From Candidatus Poribacteria bacterium (GTDB taxonomy: Bacteria; Poribacteria; WGA-4E; PCPOR2b), in contig OZ244587.1 in the NCBI GenBank assembly GCA_965218095.1, positions 5,888,001-5,952,000 on the forward strand: a stretch of 64,000 nt of DNA, in the 5' to 3' direction. Each line of letters begins with the position of its first letter. Within the stretch, counting starts at the first letter, position 1. A model generated the notes under the pieces. That model saw only the letters and a list, made by a program, of their open reading frames with translations. It did no database searches and was not told the origin of the DNA. This document shows, piece by piece, positions 1 through 10,048 of the stretch. The position numbers were made by a program, and so were the translations under genes.

Positions 1-432
1 GCCGGGTTCGACGCTCATCGGCAGAACAAGGTCAACATCGGACAGATGCGGTTCAACCGCTGAGAATGGTGTCTGTGGGCGCAGAGCGATGCCAGCCTTC
101 ACACCACGACTCTTGATCTGGTCGATAAATTTGGACAACTCGCCATCAACCTCAATATGCACAGTAATCAGATCCGCGCCGGCATCTGCGAATGCATCAA
201 TATAATCCTGCGGATGGGTGAGCATCAGATGCACATCGAATGGGAGTTCCGTATAGCTCCGGATGGACTTAATAAGCTGTGGCCCCATTGTCAGATTCGG
301 GACGAAATGCCCATCCATCACATCAAGATGGATGAGATTCGCCCCCGCTCCAGCAACTCGACAAACCTCCTCACCCAGCCGACTAAAATCCGCTGCAAGC
401 ATTGATGGGGCGATTTTAATCTCTCGTTCCAT
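1..432 (-). CDS. rpe: Ribulose-phosphate 3-epimerase (3' end runs off window)
   Basis: Minus strand reads MEREIKIAPSMLAADF...HLDVMDGHF...MSVEPG; the ATG overlaps the upstream stop (TAATG). Confidence 0.93.
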   Translation of the reverse strand, partial: MEREIKIAPSMLAADFSRLGEEVCRVAGAGANLIHLDVMDGHFVPNLTMGPQLIKSIRSYTELPFDVHLMLTHPQDYIDAFADAGADLITVHIEVDGELSKFIDQIKSRGVKAGIALRPQTPFSAVEPHLSDVDLVLPMSVEPG

Positions 433-1415
433 TACCAATCGAATCCCTCCGTTTTGACCAGCATTCTATCTTCATAAACGCGCATTGTTGCTTTACCCAA
501 AACCCTTAGCGACGGCTTTTCGATGAGCATACCGGACTGATATAAATCATTGACAACCTCAATCCGCTTTGTGCGCTCATCCTCAACAATGATTCGTACA
601 CTCTTGTAAGGTGCACCGGTTGAGGAAACGCGATATTTTACCTGCACCACACACCCTTTATCGGGTTGGCTTCTACGGGAACCGCTAATCTCAAGATTAA
701 CCACCTGTCCGACTGGAATCAGTTCACCTGCAGCGGGCTGATGATTGATAATCAATCCCTGGTTAATCTCCGGATGCGGCTTGTACGCTTCTTCACCGAT
801 TTTGAGACCGTGTGATTCGAGTAAAGCAGGCACCGCATCGATTGGCATACGGCGCAGGTCCGGCATCCGCAGCACTTTTGAACGCACACCCAGACTCAAT
901 AGTAGGTGAACGGACGCACCTCGCTGATATATGGTACCTGCCCGGGGTGTTTGCGCGATAACGGTATTGACCTCTGGATACCGATCGGCGTGGACTGCCG
1001 CAACGCGCCCCTTTCGAAATCCAGTGTCTTTGAGGGTGGCCTCCGCATCGTTCACGAGGCGCCCTGCAATATCCGGTACAATGACCGCCTCGTTACCCAT
1101 GCTCAAAGTCAGTCGAACCGGCTTATTCAACTTAATTTTGAAATTCGCCGGGGGCTCCTGGGCCATAACATATCCCTTCGGGATGTCTGGGCTTGGTTCC
1201 TTTTTAATAGCGGTATCGAGTTGAAGTCCAGCACGGCTGATGAGTTGGACTGCGCCCCGGTAGTTTTGCCCCACTAGGTTCGGGATAGCCACTTCTGGAG
1301 TGCGGACCTGATGGGGGATGACCCAAAAAAGGAAAACCAACCCAATGCCGCTAATCACCACAAGGCAAAGCAGCGCAACTTTGATGATAGCAATTAATAT
1401 GGCATTCAGGCTCAT
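432..1415 (-). CDS. Membrane-anchored PASTA-repeat protein
   Basis: N-terminal TM segment, then three PASTA-like repeats (IPNLVG, VPDIAG, MPDLRR; VxAQxP); fmt-PASTA-rpe order. Confidence 0.85.
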   Translation of the reverse strand: MSLNAILIAIIKVALLCLVVISGIGLVFLFWVIPHQVRTPEVAIPNLVGQNYRGAVQLISRAGLQLDTAIKKEPSPDIPKGYVMAQEPPANFKIKLNKPVRLTLSMGNEAVIVPDIAGRLVNDAEATLKDTGFRKGRVAAVHADRYPEVNTVIAQTPRAGTIYQRGASVHLLLSLGVRSKVLRMPDLRRMPIDAVPALLESHGLKIGEEAYKPHPEINQGLIINHQPAAGELIPVGQVVNLEISGSRRSQPDKGCVVQVKYRVSSTGAPYKSVRIIVEDERTKRIEVVNDLYQSGMLIEKPSLRVLGKATMRVYEDRMLVKTEGFDW

Positions 1416-1422
1416 CTTGGAC

Positions 1423-2403
1423 CTAATGTGTTGGCGTTTTCCTGCGAAAGAGCCAATCGCCGGTTTTCAATCGATACCCATTTAAAAAGGCACGCGCATC
1501 CATTGCTTTTTTGTTTGCGGGTTGAACACGATCTAATCGCAAGGATCCCTTCCCACACAAGACAATAAGCTCCCTGGAAGACGTGATCTGAATCGTACCG
1601 CTAGGGACATCCGCCGGATGCGGATAATCGACGTCGGCACACGCAATTATCTTCAAACGGAGATCATTAGGCATAGAGGTCGGGCTTGTCCCTACCCATG
1701 TATACGCGCCAGGCCAAATCGATGTGCCACGCACTAAATTACCAATCCGATCCGCTGGCTGTTCCCAGTCAATCTGTCCGATCTCTTTGGTTAGTCGAGG
1801 GGCATGGGTCGCCTTCGCATGATTTTGAGGCCGGTGCGGTGGCAGTCCCTCTGAGGCATGCGCTAACGCTTGAATCAACAGGGAAGGCGCTAAATTCGCC
1901 AGTCGATCCGAGAGCGCAGCGGCATTATCCTGGTTGTTAATTGGAACGCGCTTTTGCAGGACGATATCCCCTGTATCTTCTCCTTCATCCAGCAGCATGA
2001 TGGTAATGCCCGTTTCCGTCTCCCCGTTAATGAGCGCCCATTGAATCGGGGCGGCGCCTCGATATTTCGGAAGGAAAGAGGGATGTACATTGAGGCAGCC
2101 ACAGGGAGGGAGCGTCAGCACCAATTTGGGAAGAATCTGACCAAAAGCAGCGACAACAATTGCGTCGGGCTGAAGCGCTCTGAGGACATGAACGAAGTTG
2201 CGATGCCGCACCTTTTCCGGCTGATAAATCGGTATATTGTGTTCAGCAGCCACAATTTTAACGGGTGGGGGCGTAAGTTGCTTGCCTCGACCGCCTGGTC
2301 GATCCGGCTGCGTCACAACGCCAATCAGATCGAAACCCGCAGGAACGAGCTTTTCTAAGCTCGGAACAGCAAATTCGCTTGTGCCCATGAAAAGAATCTT
2401 CAT
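1423..2403 (-). CDS. fmt: Methionyl-tRNA formyltransferase
   Basis: MKILFMGTSEFA, VVTQPDRP, NVHPSFLPKYRGAAPI. Confidence 0.97.
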   Translation of the reverse strand: MKILFMGTSEFAVPSLEKLVPAGFDLIGVVTQPDRPGGRGKQLTPPPVKIVAAEHNIPIYQPEKVRHRNFVHVLRALQPDAIVVAAFGQILPKLVLTLPPCGCLNVHPSFLPKYRGAAPIQWALINGETETGITIMLLDEGEDTGDIVLQKRVPINNQDNAAALSDRLANLAPSLLIQALAHASEGLPPHRPQNHAKATHAPRLTKEIGQIDWEQPADRIGNLVRGTSIWPGAYTWVGTSPTSMPNDLRLKIIACADVDYPHPADVPSGTIQITSSRELIVLCGKGSLRLDRVQPANKKAMDARAFLNGYRLKTGDWLFRRKTPTH

Positions 2404-2912
2404 CTTTCAATCACCGTTTTTGTGGTGGAATCAGGCCGAGATTCAAGCAACTCTTGGTCATCAGGGATAAGCCGATCGATAAAGAGAACCCCGTCGAGGT
2501 GGTCAATTTCATGCTGTAAGACCCGTGCCATCAAGCCACTCGCATCAAACTCAACTTTGTCGCCATTCGATAGCAGTCCCTCCACCTTTACGGTCGCCGC
2601 TCGTCGCACGATTCCCCGTTCGTCCGGCAAACTCAGACAGCCTTCCTCACCGAGTTCTTCGCCTACCGCCATTGTAATCGTTGGATTAATCAACGCGATC
2701 TGAGGGTGCTCCGAGTGGTGTTTCTCGATGTCAATCACGATTAGCCTTTTGGACACTCCAACCTGTGGTGCTGCCAGACCGATCCCTTGCGCCTCATACA
2801 TCGTTTCAAACATATCCTTGATGAGTTGAAGCAAATCGGCGTCGATTTCTTGAACAGAAGGCGCCTTTTGTCGTAAAACAGGAGCGGTGCCGATTTGAAT
2901 TTCTAGTGCCAT
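2400..2912 (-). CDS. def: Peptide deformylase
   Basis: GIGLAAPQVG, EGCLS, QHEIDHLDG. Confidence 0.97.
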   Translation of the reverse strand: MALEIQIGTAPVLRQKAPSVQEIDADLLQLIKDMFETMYEAQGIGLAAPQVGVSKRLIVIDIEKHHSEHPQIALINPTITMAVGEELGEEGCLSLPDERGIVRRAATVKVEGLLSNGDKVEFDASGLMARVLQHEIDHLDGVLFIDRLIPDDQELLESRPDSTTKTVIER

Positions 2913-3250
2913 AACGTAGAACGTGAAACCCCAACAGATCGGGGCAGGCTGTGATGAGTGAAACGTGATAAACCTATAAGCCTAAAAGCAAAGGCGAACC
3001 AGTTGATTTAACTGTTGGTGGTATTTGAAAGCTTAACCAGCACACCTGCTTCTTTTAACCGTTCACCATTGGCTCTCTGCAGGATGAGATCGCCGGTTAA
3101 TATACGATTAAGTTCCTGAACCTCTTTTCCATAAGTTGAAATCGAGGCTATTATGAATTGCTGCATCCTTCGCCCCGAGCAGCTCACGTGCCATTGACCG
3201 TAAGAAGTTTTGAATTAGACCGAGAATTCCTTGGAAGTAACATAAGCTCA

Positions 3251-3745
3251 TTAAAAGCGAAAGTGAACAAGTGGAATAACAAGCCCATCTGGCTCATCGG
3301 GCTCCCAATCATTCTGCCCAACTTCCCGAGAAGGCGACTGGGGTGAATTGGGAATACGTTGAGGCGAGGTGGGCATAAGTTGTTCCGAACGATCCTTGTC
3401 GTGCGTATGCAGCCAATCCCAGAATCCGATAAATAGGGCAAGCGATACCGCAGATGCCCCGATAATCTTAAAATCTTTCCCCGATAGTTCGGGAGCGAAT
3501 TGGTTCTGTCGGATCATCTGGACACCACGTACACCCAGAAAACTGTGAATCGCTGTGAACGGCAGGGAAATGAAGGTGACAATTTCAAAGCGACGTAACC
3601 CACTTTCATGGTAAACCTCCTCCTGCCGATGGGCAGGTAGCGTATCTTCCGAATCTCGCTGATATTGGGCGGAAACGTTGGTGACAACCATTGCAGTTAA
3701 AATCAGCATGGTGAGCAATTTAGTTTTCGATCTGTTTCGCTTCAT
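3251..3745 (-). CDS. Hypothetical secreted/membrane protein
   Basis: Start re-placed at ATG 3745 after a GAGGAG RBS; signal-like N-terminus and two hydrophobic segments; overlaps the lspA end. Confidence 0.6.
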   Translation of the reverse strand: MKRNRSKTKLLTMLILTAMVVTNVSAQYQRDSEDTLPAHRQEEVYHESGLRRFEIVTFISLPFTAIHSFLGVRGVQMIRQNQFAPELSGKDFKIIGASAVSLALFIGFWDWLHTHDKDRSEQLMPTSPQRIPNSPQSPSREVGQNDWEPDEPDGLVIPLVHFRF

Positions 3746-4217
3746 CGTAATCTCCTCGCTGATAAAACAGATGAACCATGAGCATTCCAGCTCCGATACA
3801 AACCGCGACATCGGCAGCATTAAAAGTGGGCCACCAGAAGCCGGGCAGTCGAAATTGAAGAAAGTCCGTGACTTCGCCAAGGCGGATGCGGTCTATAAAG
3901 TTGCCGAGCGCACCACCGAGCAGAAAACCGAGTGCAATCTTCATCCACAAACTCTCACGGAAACGCTTGTAATAAAAGAAAATAAATCCAATTGCAAGGA
4001 GTGAGATAATAATCAGTAGCAGGTTTTGCCCGCGCATCAATCCAAAGGCAGCCCCATCGTTTGTATCATGACGCAGGTTAAATATGCCTTTAATGATGAC
4101 GTGTTGACCATGGAGTGGGATATTTTGTTGAATCAACCACTTAGTCAATTGATCCACAAATAACATAGGCAAAGCAACACTAAATAGGGGGATAATAGAC
4201 CTGAGAACTTTCTGCAT
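3720..4217 (-). CDS. lspA: Lipoprotein signal peptidase II
   Basis: DQLTK, NDGAAFG, GALGNFIDR, VTDF, FNAADVA. Confidence 0.96.
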   Translation of the reverse strand: MQKVLRSIIPLFSVALPMLFVDQLTKWLIQQNIPLHGQHVIIKGIFNLRHDTNDGAAFGLMRGQNLLLIIISLLAIGFIFFYYKRFRESLWMKIALGFLLGGALGNFIDRIRLGEVTDFLQFRLPGFWWPTFNAADVAVCIGAGMLMVHLFYQRGDYDEAKQIEN

Positions 4218-4308
4218 TTACAATTGTCCTTGTGTGGAATGCGTAAAACGTGATGCGTAAAGCATAAAAAACCTTACGTCTTACGCATCACTCGTTAATC
4301 CTTACTCG

Positions 4309-6780
4309 TTACGTTTTGATTCGCTCATTCATCCAATCGCCTAACAGTTCCTTCCAGCGGGCATCCGCATCTGCGATATGAGGTGCGTTAATCTGGGAAA
4401 CCCAATCTTTCAGAAAAACGCTCGAAAACTCAAACTCACACTCACCTTTGACGCCATCGGAAGATGAGGAAGCGGTGTCTCGTCTCTGGATTAAGGCGTG
4501 GGTTTGTTCGGCAAAAAAAGGGATAATTGGCGCAAACCGTTGTATCAACACACGCGAGAGCTCCCACAGTGCCGTTTGGCCCGATCTTGCTTCTCGTGTT
4601 GCTTTTGCAGCGTTGAACCGATTCTTCAATACTGGCAAGTAAAACTGTTGAAGATCTGATTGGCAGAAGTCTCTTAGCACACACCATGCCTGATGAAAAT
4701 GGCGCTGCTGGTAGGCGAGATCCACGGATTGCAAAACTCGATTTGTAACAGATAACGCCAGTGCATCTAAGGGAAACAGCGTTTCTAAGGCGCGTTTATG
4801 CGCGTCCGGGTTAAAGTTTTCGAGATAACTCAGTATTTCAGCGTATAGCCTTTTAACCGTGTTGTATTCATTCTGACACTGTTGGATGGGAGCCTCCATC
4901 GATGGATGGTCAAAATCAGGATGGATGCCCAGGAGCCGAAGAACATCCTTTGGATATTTATCAATCCAGTTTTCACTTACTTCGGCCGACTGAACATTTG
5001 AACCAACACTTGTCAATTCCATATTCAACGGCGTAGCATCGTGGATCGCAATCGAAGTCAAGATGAACTGGGAAAACCATTTGTGAAATTGATTTGGGTG
5101 AAAAAAGTAAACATTAACAGGCTGGGAATTATTTCCCTTGACCTCGGAATTGTTGATCGCGTTAACAAGAACAGCGAAGCGTCCATCCAGGAGCGTGAAT
5201 TCTTTCCGAAACTCTTTTGCATCACAGTTGGGGCATAAGGTGTTCGGAGGTAACAAATCTTCAGCATTCAACTTGAACCAGATATTGGGGCCACGACGCC
5301 CAACCAAAGCACAGATGGCTTTGAAAATTCTGGGGTCGGAGAGTTGGCACCCACATTTTTCGCACTGAAAAATAGGAATCGGAGCTCCCCAACCTCTGCG
5401 AGATGAAACACATGGATCTGAAAGGTCCCGGATAGTTTGTTGTATCCAATCCCTATCTTCTGGGCTATAGTGCGCCCAATAGTCACCGGAGTCGAGCACA
5501 CGCTGCCTCAAGTGATTACTGTCTAGAGAGAAGCTCCACTGTTGAACAGGGCGGAATAAAGTAGGCGTATCACACATCCAGCAGTGAGGCTGCTGCACCT
5601 CCTCATGCCCTGCATAGACCAGATATCCTCTCTTTTCTAATTCAAAGGCGATGAACTTTCCGACTTCAGAGATTTCAAGTCCACAAAACTGCTCTGAATT
5701 CTGCGTTAGGTGCCCCGTATCATCAATAACAGAAGGGGCCGGGAGTTGCAGCGTTTGTGCAACTTGATAATCGTATGGATGATGTCCAGGCGTCAGATGC
5801 ACCACCCCTGTTGGTGGTGAAAACATCGTTTCCGCATTCAACACACCATCGGGTTGGGAGAGGTCAGGGACAGCAACCACCGGAAGATCTGTCCCCAGAA
5901 ATGGATGGGCACAGGTACAACCCGTTAAAACATCAACTCGACACGTGTCTAATAGATTTATGCCCGTCCGGAGCCCAGCGGGGAATCGGGTGGAGAGGTC
6001 TTCTTCAGCCAGGACAAGGACTGCACTACCAAGCTCAACAATCAAGTATTGGCTGTTTTCCTTCAATCCAATTGCAACGCTTCCCGCAAGATGCCAGAGA
6101 TCCTGAAGCCACACCAGGAAGTAAACGTCCTCACCAAACTCCTCCAAACCTATGCTCACGGGAAATTTCACATATCCTGAATACGCTTGAGCGGGGCGAA
6201 TTTCTATCTCATCTTCATCTAAGATCGTATTACATTTTTGACACCAACAGCCCAATTTTCGATCTTTATCCAGGTAACCCAATGCCCACAATCTACTGAA
6301 AACATTGATAATCTTCGCTTCATCACGTACCTCCAGATTTTTGCTGCTGCTTTTCCAATCCCCAAAAATCCCGAGTGCATGGAGTTGCTGCCATCGGCGA
6401 GCGACTTCATGCTGAAATTCACGTCGACACTGTCGGCGAAATCGCAGTGCATCAAATGTGCCTTTTCTATGCTCCGAATTAAGCGCCTTTCGCTCAACAG
6501 CAGAGGTATAATAATCCCAATGCGGCACGTACTCTACTCCTGCTCCGCGCATCATGTTGACTTTAAGAAAAACATCCTGCTGGATCTTGCCTTTAAGCAT
6601 ATCCAGTTTAAAGTGATGAATGGCAGTGGGCATTTCTCGAAGGATATAGTGTGGCAATCCGGCTCTACGAGCAAATTGGGCATAGATATCGGTCTCTTGC
6701 CAAATTTTCAAAATCCTTTCTTCGGTAAGCAAATGAAAAGTTGGTGAAGCGGATACAGACAAGGTATTTGCTCCGTTCAT
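4309..6780 (-). CDS. Isoleucyl-tRNA-synthetase-like protein with degenerate catalytic motifs
   Basis: Colinear with IleRS (YVPHWD, YVKFPV, TGVVHLTPGH, SSRRGWGAPIP, APIIPFFAE) and upstream of lspA, but HIGH and KMSKS are not recognisable. Confidence 0.8.
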   Translation of the reverse strand: MNGANTLSVSASPTFHLLTEERILKIWQETDIYAQFARRAGLPHYILREMPTAIHHFKLDMLKGKIQQDVFLKVNMMRGAGVEYVPHWDYYTSAVERKALNSEHRKGTFDALRFRRQCRREFQHEVARRWQQLHALGIFGDWKSSSKNLEVRDEAKIINVFSRLWALGYLDKDRKLGCWCQKCNTILDEDEIEIRPAQAYSGYVKFPVSIGLEEFGEDVYFLVWLQDLWHLAGSVAIGLKENSQYLIVELGSAVLVLAEEDLSTRFPAGLRTGINLLDTCRVDVLTGCTCAHPFLGTDLPVVAVPDLSQPDGVLNAETMFSPPTGVVHLTPGHHPYDYQVAQTLQLPAPSVIDDTGHLTQNSEQFCGLEISEVGKFIAFELEKRGYLVYAGHEEVQQPHCWMCDTPTLFRPVQQWSFSLDSNHLRQRVLDSGDYWAHYSPEDRDWIQQTIRDLSDPCVSSRRGWGAPIPIFQCEKCGCQLSDPRIFKAICALVGRRGPNIWFKLNAEDLLPPNTLCPNCDAKEFRKEFTLLDGRFAVLVNAINNSEVKGNNSQPVNVYFFHPNQFHKWFSQFILTSIAIHDATPLNMELTSVGSNVQSAEVSENWIDKYPKDVLRLLGIHPDFDHPSMEAPIQQCQNEYNTVKRLYAEILSYLENFNPDAHKRALETLFPLDALALSVTNRVLQSVDLAYQQRHFHQAWCVLRDFCQSDLQQFYLPVLKNRFNAAKATREARSGQTALWELSRVLIQRFAPIIPFFAEQTHALIQRRDTASSSSDGVKGECEFEFSSVFLKDWVSQINAPHIADADARWKELLGDWMNERIKT

Positions 6781-6807
6781 GATGTGGTGGCTTGGGGTAA
6801 TGCGTTT

Positions 6808-6864
6808 GCTCTAACGAATCGAGCTAGCTCTAACGAATCGAGCTAGCTCTAACGAATCGAGCTA
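6808..6864. repeat. 3 x 19-bp perfect tandem repeat GCTCTAACGAATCGAGCTA
   Basis: Read directly; no spacers. Confidence 0.95.
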
Positions 6865-7011
6865 TTAGAATCTTAAAATGATGATTTCACTCAAACCTTT
6901 TGCGACTTCAATACCACTATAACTGAGTGCTTCTTGTTGTTCACAACTCTGACTGCAAGCATCCTCAATTATGTCTCAAGGAAAGCGCAATATCCAGCGA
7001 CATCTTTCCTT

Positions 7012-7284
7012 CTACACCTGTATAGCATCCCGTATTACCCACAAAAGCATAATTAAAATAAAAGGTGAAATATCGATACCGAAGCCACGCGTCACTGGAC
7101 TGAGAACGCGACGAATTGGATCTAAGACAGGGTCGACGAACTGATTCGTCATCCAATAGATTTTCCGAACTATCATATTCCTGGAGCTATAAACAAACCA
7201 GGATAATACCGCATTGATGACAACAATCCAAATATAAATCTCAATCGCTCCACGCAATAGCCCTGCTATCGACAATCCATCCAT
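7012..7284 (-). CDS. yggT: YggT family membrane protein
   Basis: AVLSWF...DPVLDPIRR...IDISP; follows proC. Confidence 0.9.
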   Translation of the reverse strand: MDGLSIAGLLRGAIEIYIWIVVINAVLSWFVYSSRNMIVRKIYWMTNQFVDPVLDPIRRVLSPVTRGFGIDISPFILIMLLWVIRDAIQV

Positions 7285-7308
7285 AATCCAGATTCCTTCC
7301 CAATGTTG

Positions 7309-8121
7309 TTAATTTGTGAGTTCTTCTGCGCGTTTAGTTGCAGCAATCACTGCATCAGCGATGATCGACCGGAATCGTCCACGTTCTAACTCATACAGGC
7401 CAGCCGCCGTTGTCCCGCCGGGCGTCGTCACGAGGTTTTTCAGGGCTGCCGGATGTTCTCCCGTTTGCTCAAGCATCTTGCTCGCCCCAAGCACAGTCTG
7501 CACGGCAAGCTGACATGCGTCTGGACGAGATAATCCGACCTGTACCCCTGCATCGGCGAAAGCTTCAATGAATAGGAACACAAATGCGGGCCCACTGCCG
7601 CTCAAGCCGGTAACGGCATTGAGGTGTCTTTCTTCCATGACTAACGACTTGCCTACAGCGTCAAAAATTGCTTGCGCCTCAGAGATATGATCATCTGTGG
7701 CAGCGCTTCCCGGGGTAATTACGGAAATCGCTGCCCTGGCGGATACAGTGATGTTTGGCATCACGCGAACAATTGGTGGGGCGGAAGAAAAATAGGATTC
7801 TAATCTCGCCGTTGCTACTCCTGCTGCGATGGAAACCATCCATTGGGGAGGAGATTGGATTGCAGCGGCAATTTCTGGAAGAATTTCCGGTACGGCACTC
7901 GGCTCGGCGGCATATAAAAGGATATCGACATTTTCAATAAGTTGGGGGATACCATCTGCTGCATTCGCTCCTGATTCTTCGCACAGTTGATCAACGAGGG
8001 GGCGGTAGACATCCGTGATCCAGATCCGTTCAGACGGGAGCACACGACCCACCACTCCCCTAACAATCGCGCTTCCCATCTTCCCAACGCCGATGACACC
8101 CAATCGAAGTTTTGTATCCAA
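7309..8121 (-). CDS. proC: Pyrroline-5-carboxylate reductase
   Basis: IGVGKMG, RVMPN, GLSGSGPA, VTTPGGTT. Confidence 0.96.
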   Translation of the reverse strand: MDTKLRLGVIGVGKMGSAIVRGVVGRVLPSERIWITDVYRPLVDQLCEESGANAADGIPQLIENVDILLYAAEPSAVPEILPEIAAAIQSPPQWMVSIAAGVATARLESYFSSAPPIVRVMPNITVSARAAISVITPGSAATDDHISEAQAIFDAVGKSLVMEERHLNAVTGLSGSGPAFVFLFIEAFADAGVQVGLSRPDACQLAVQTVLGASKMLEQTGEHPAALKNLVTTPGGTTAAGLYELERGRFRSIIADAVIAATKRAEELTN

Positions 8122-8204
8122 AAGTTTTGCTCCTATGCGTGAAACGTGAATGAATTAACTCTATGATTCGCCAATTTGTCTACTAGCTGACTTTGCCTGC
8201 ACCA

Positions 8205-8894
8205 TCACTCACGCTTCTCAAAAATGGCGGTACCAATTCTGACAAGATTCGCACCCTCTTCAATCGCAACCTCAAAATCATTTGTCATTCCCATTGACAG
8301 ATACTCCATATCAACGTCCGGCAACTGCTGGGCGAGAATCTTCTCCTTGAGGCGCCGCAGCAGTACGAACATCGAACGAACCGCTTCAGGGTTGGGCAGA
8401 AAGGCACCGATTGTCATGAGCCCTTTGATCCGGACATGGGCATAAGTGAGCGCACTTTCAATGAAATCAAGCGTCTGATCCGGTTCAATGCCGTACTTAC
8501 TCGGTTCGGTGGAGGTGTTGACTTGAATCAATACCTCTGTCTGTCGGTTCAACTGTGTAGACCGTCGGTCAATCTCAGCAAGGAGTCGCAGACTATCTAC
8601 GGAATGGATGAGGTCAAAAATCTGCAATGTCTGCTTCACTTTATTCGTTTGCAAATGCCCGACAAGATGCCACTTAACAGGGCGGCCAACCTGATCATAC
8701 TTGCTTTTTGCTTCTTGAACGCGATTCTCGCCAATGTCCGTGATGCCTGCGTCGATCGCTTCCAAAATGAGGCTGACAGGCTTGGTTTTAGAAACGGCAA
8801 CGAGACCTATCGAATGCGGATCGCGTCCGGAGCGTTCAGCGGCTACGGCAATTCGATCTTGAATCTGCAAAAGGTTTTCGCGAATGGAAGCCAA
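8205..8894 (-). CDS. yggS: PLP homeostasis protein YggS
   Basis: VAVSKT, GENRVQE, WHLVGHLQTNK, LSMGMTNDF, VRIGTAIF. Confidence 0.96.
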   Translation of the reverse strand: MASIRENLLQIQDRIAVAAERSGRDPHSIGLVAVSKTKPVSLILEAIDAGITDIGENRVQEAKSKYDQVGRPVKWHLVGHLQTNKVKQTLQIFDLIHSVDSLRLLAEIDRRSTQLNRQTEVLIQVNTSTEPSKYGIEPDQTLDFIESALTYAHVRIKGLMTIGAFLPNPEAVRSMFVLLRRLKEKILAQQLPDVDMEYLSMGMTNDFEVAIEEGANLVRIGTAIFEKRE

Positions 8895-9094
8895 TTATCC
8901 TTCTCCTCTTGCAAGAACAACTTAGCAGAGGTATGTGAAACGGTTAAATGATAGCACATTTCGAGAACCAATTGCAAGAGCAAACCTGAGATCCAAGCAG
9001 TTCTTATGAGGCCAGGTGGCATTAGGGCTTGGGCGTAGGAAATGACCTAACACCTGAGACCGACTTTGATTCGCTGATTCGTTGATTCGTTTTT

Positions 9095-9850
9095 TCAGAG
9101 GAGCCTAATTAAGGAGAGCATCCGCCCCGTTTGTCCACCTTCTGCCCGATGGGAGTAGAAAAGATCTGCCCGACAGGCGGTACAGAATTGTGAGACGGAA
9201 ATCGCGTGGAAGGGAAGGCCAGCTTGAAGGAGTTGGTGGGCATTTGCAGTTTGGAGGTCAAGCGTGCATTTGCCGACTCGTACATGAGGGCCAAACGCAC
9301 CCTCAAATTGCTCTGCGAGGGATACACTCACCGTGTAGCAGCACTTCTGAATCGAGGGGCCAAGGTGAGCGAGACATCTTGAAGGAAGGGTGCCAAAGTG
9401 CTTCTGCATCGCGGTGATCGTCTGTGCGGCAATCTCAGCCAAAGTTCCACGCCATCCTGCGTGCACAATGCCGATTGCTGGGGTCGCCACGTCCAAAATG
9501 AAGATCGGGACGCAATCCGCCGTAAACACACCAGGCGCGATAGATGGGTAAGCCGTAATCATTGCATCTACCTCGGCAAGCGGGTTTTGCAACTGAGGGG
9601 TAAATCGATCTATCAACAGAACACGGTCGCCATGAACTTGACGACAATGCACGAAACCTTTCGTTTCCAAACCGATCTGGTTGAAGAAAATCCGTCGGTT
9701 GGCAATCACCGCTTCCGGATCGTCGTCTACATGATTGCCGAGATTCAGCGCGTGGTAGGGCGCTCGACTTACACCACCTCGACGGATACTTGTCACAGCT
9801 TGGACCAATCCTGTCTTCTCGAATGTGCCAACAGTGTGGTAAAGATTCAT
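9095..9850 (-). CDS. pgeF: Peptidoglycan editing factor PgeF/YfiH
   Basis: QVHG, TADCVP, HAGWRG, GPSI, FYSHR. Confidence 0.93.
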   Translation of the reverse strand: MNLYHTVGTFEKTGLVQAVTSIRRGGVSRAPYHALNLGNHVDDDPEAVIANRRIFFNQIGLETKGFVHCRQVHGDRVLLIDRFTPQLQNPLAEVDAMITAYPSIAPGVFTADCVPIFILDVATPAIGIVHAGWRGTLAEIAAQTITAMQKHFGTLPSRCLAHLGPSIQKCCYTVSVSLAEQFEGAFGPHVRVGKCTLDLQTANAHQLLQAGLPFHAISVSQFCTACRADLFYSHRAEGGQTGRMLSLIRLL

Positions 9851-10048
9851 GGATTACAAAAACATGGCCAGGAACTGAAATTTACAAAGCGACTACACTG
9901 CCGTTTTTTAAATTCGGATGGGGTTTCTAGATCAGGATTCAAAGCAACCCCGATTAAGAGATCGGGACTCAGAGCAGCCTGGATTTGTCGGTAGGAATAG
10001 ATCGCAGCTCACAATCAACCTACGGCAAACACGCCATTTTGCCGTTTT

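Noticed and set aside
9890-10030. TPP riboswitch or other ncRNA upstream of pgeF
   Set aside because: CTGAG and CCTGAT-like words and small hairpins are present, but the P4/P5 and AGGGA elements are missing and the context is wrong
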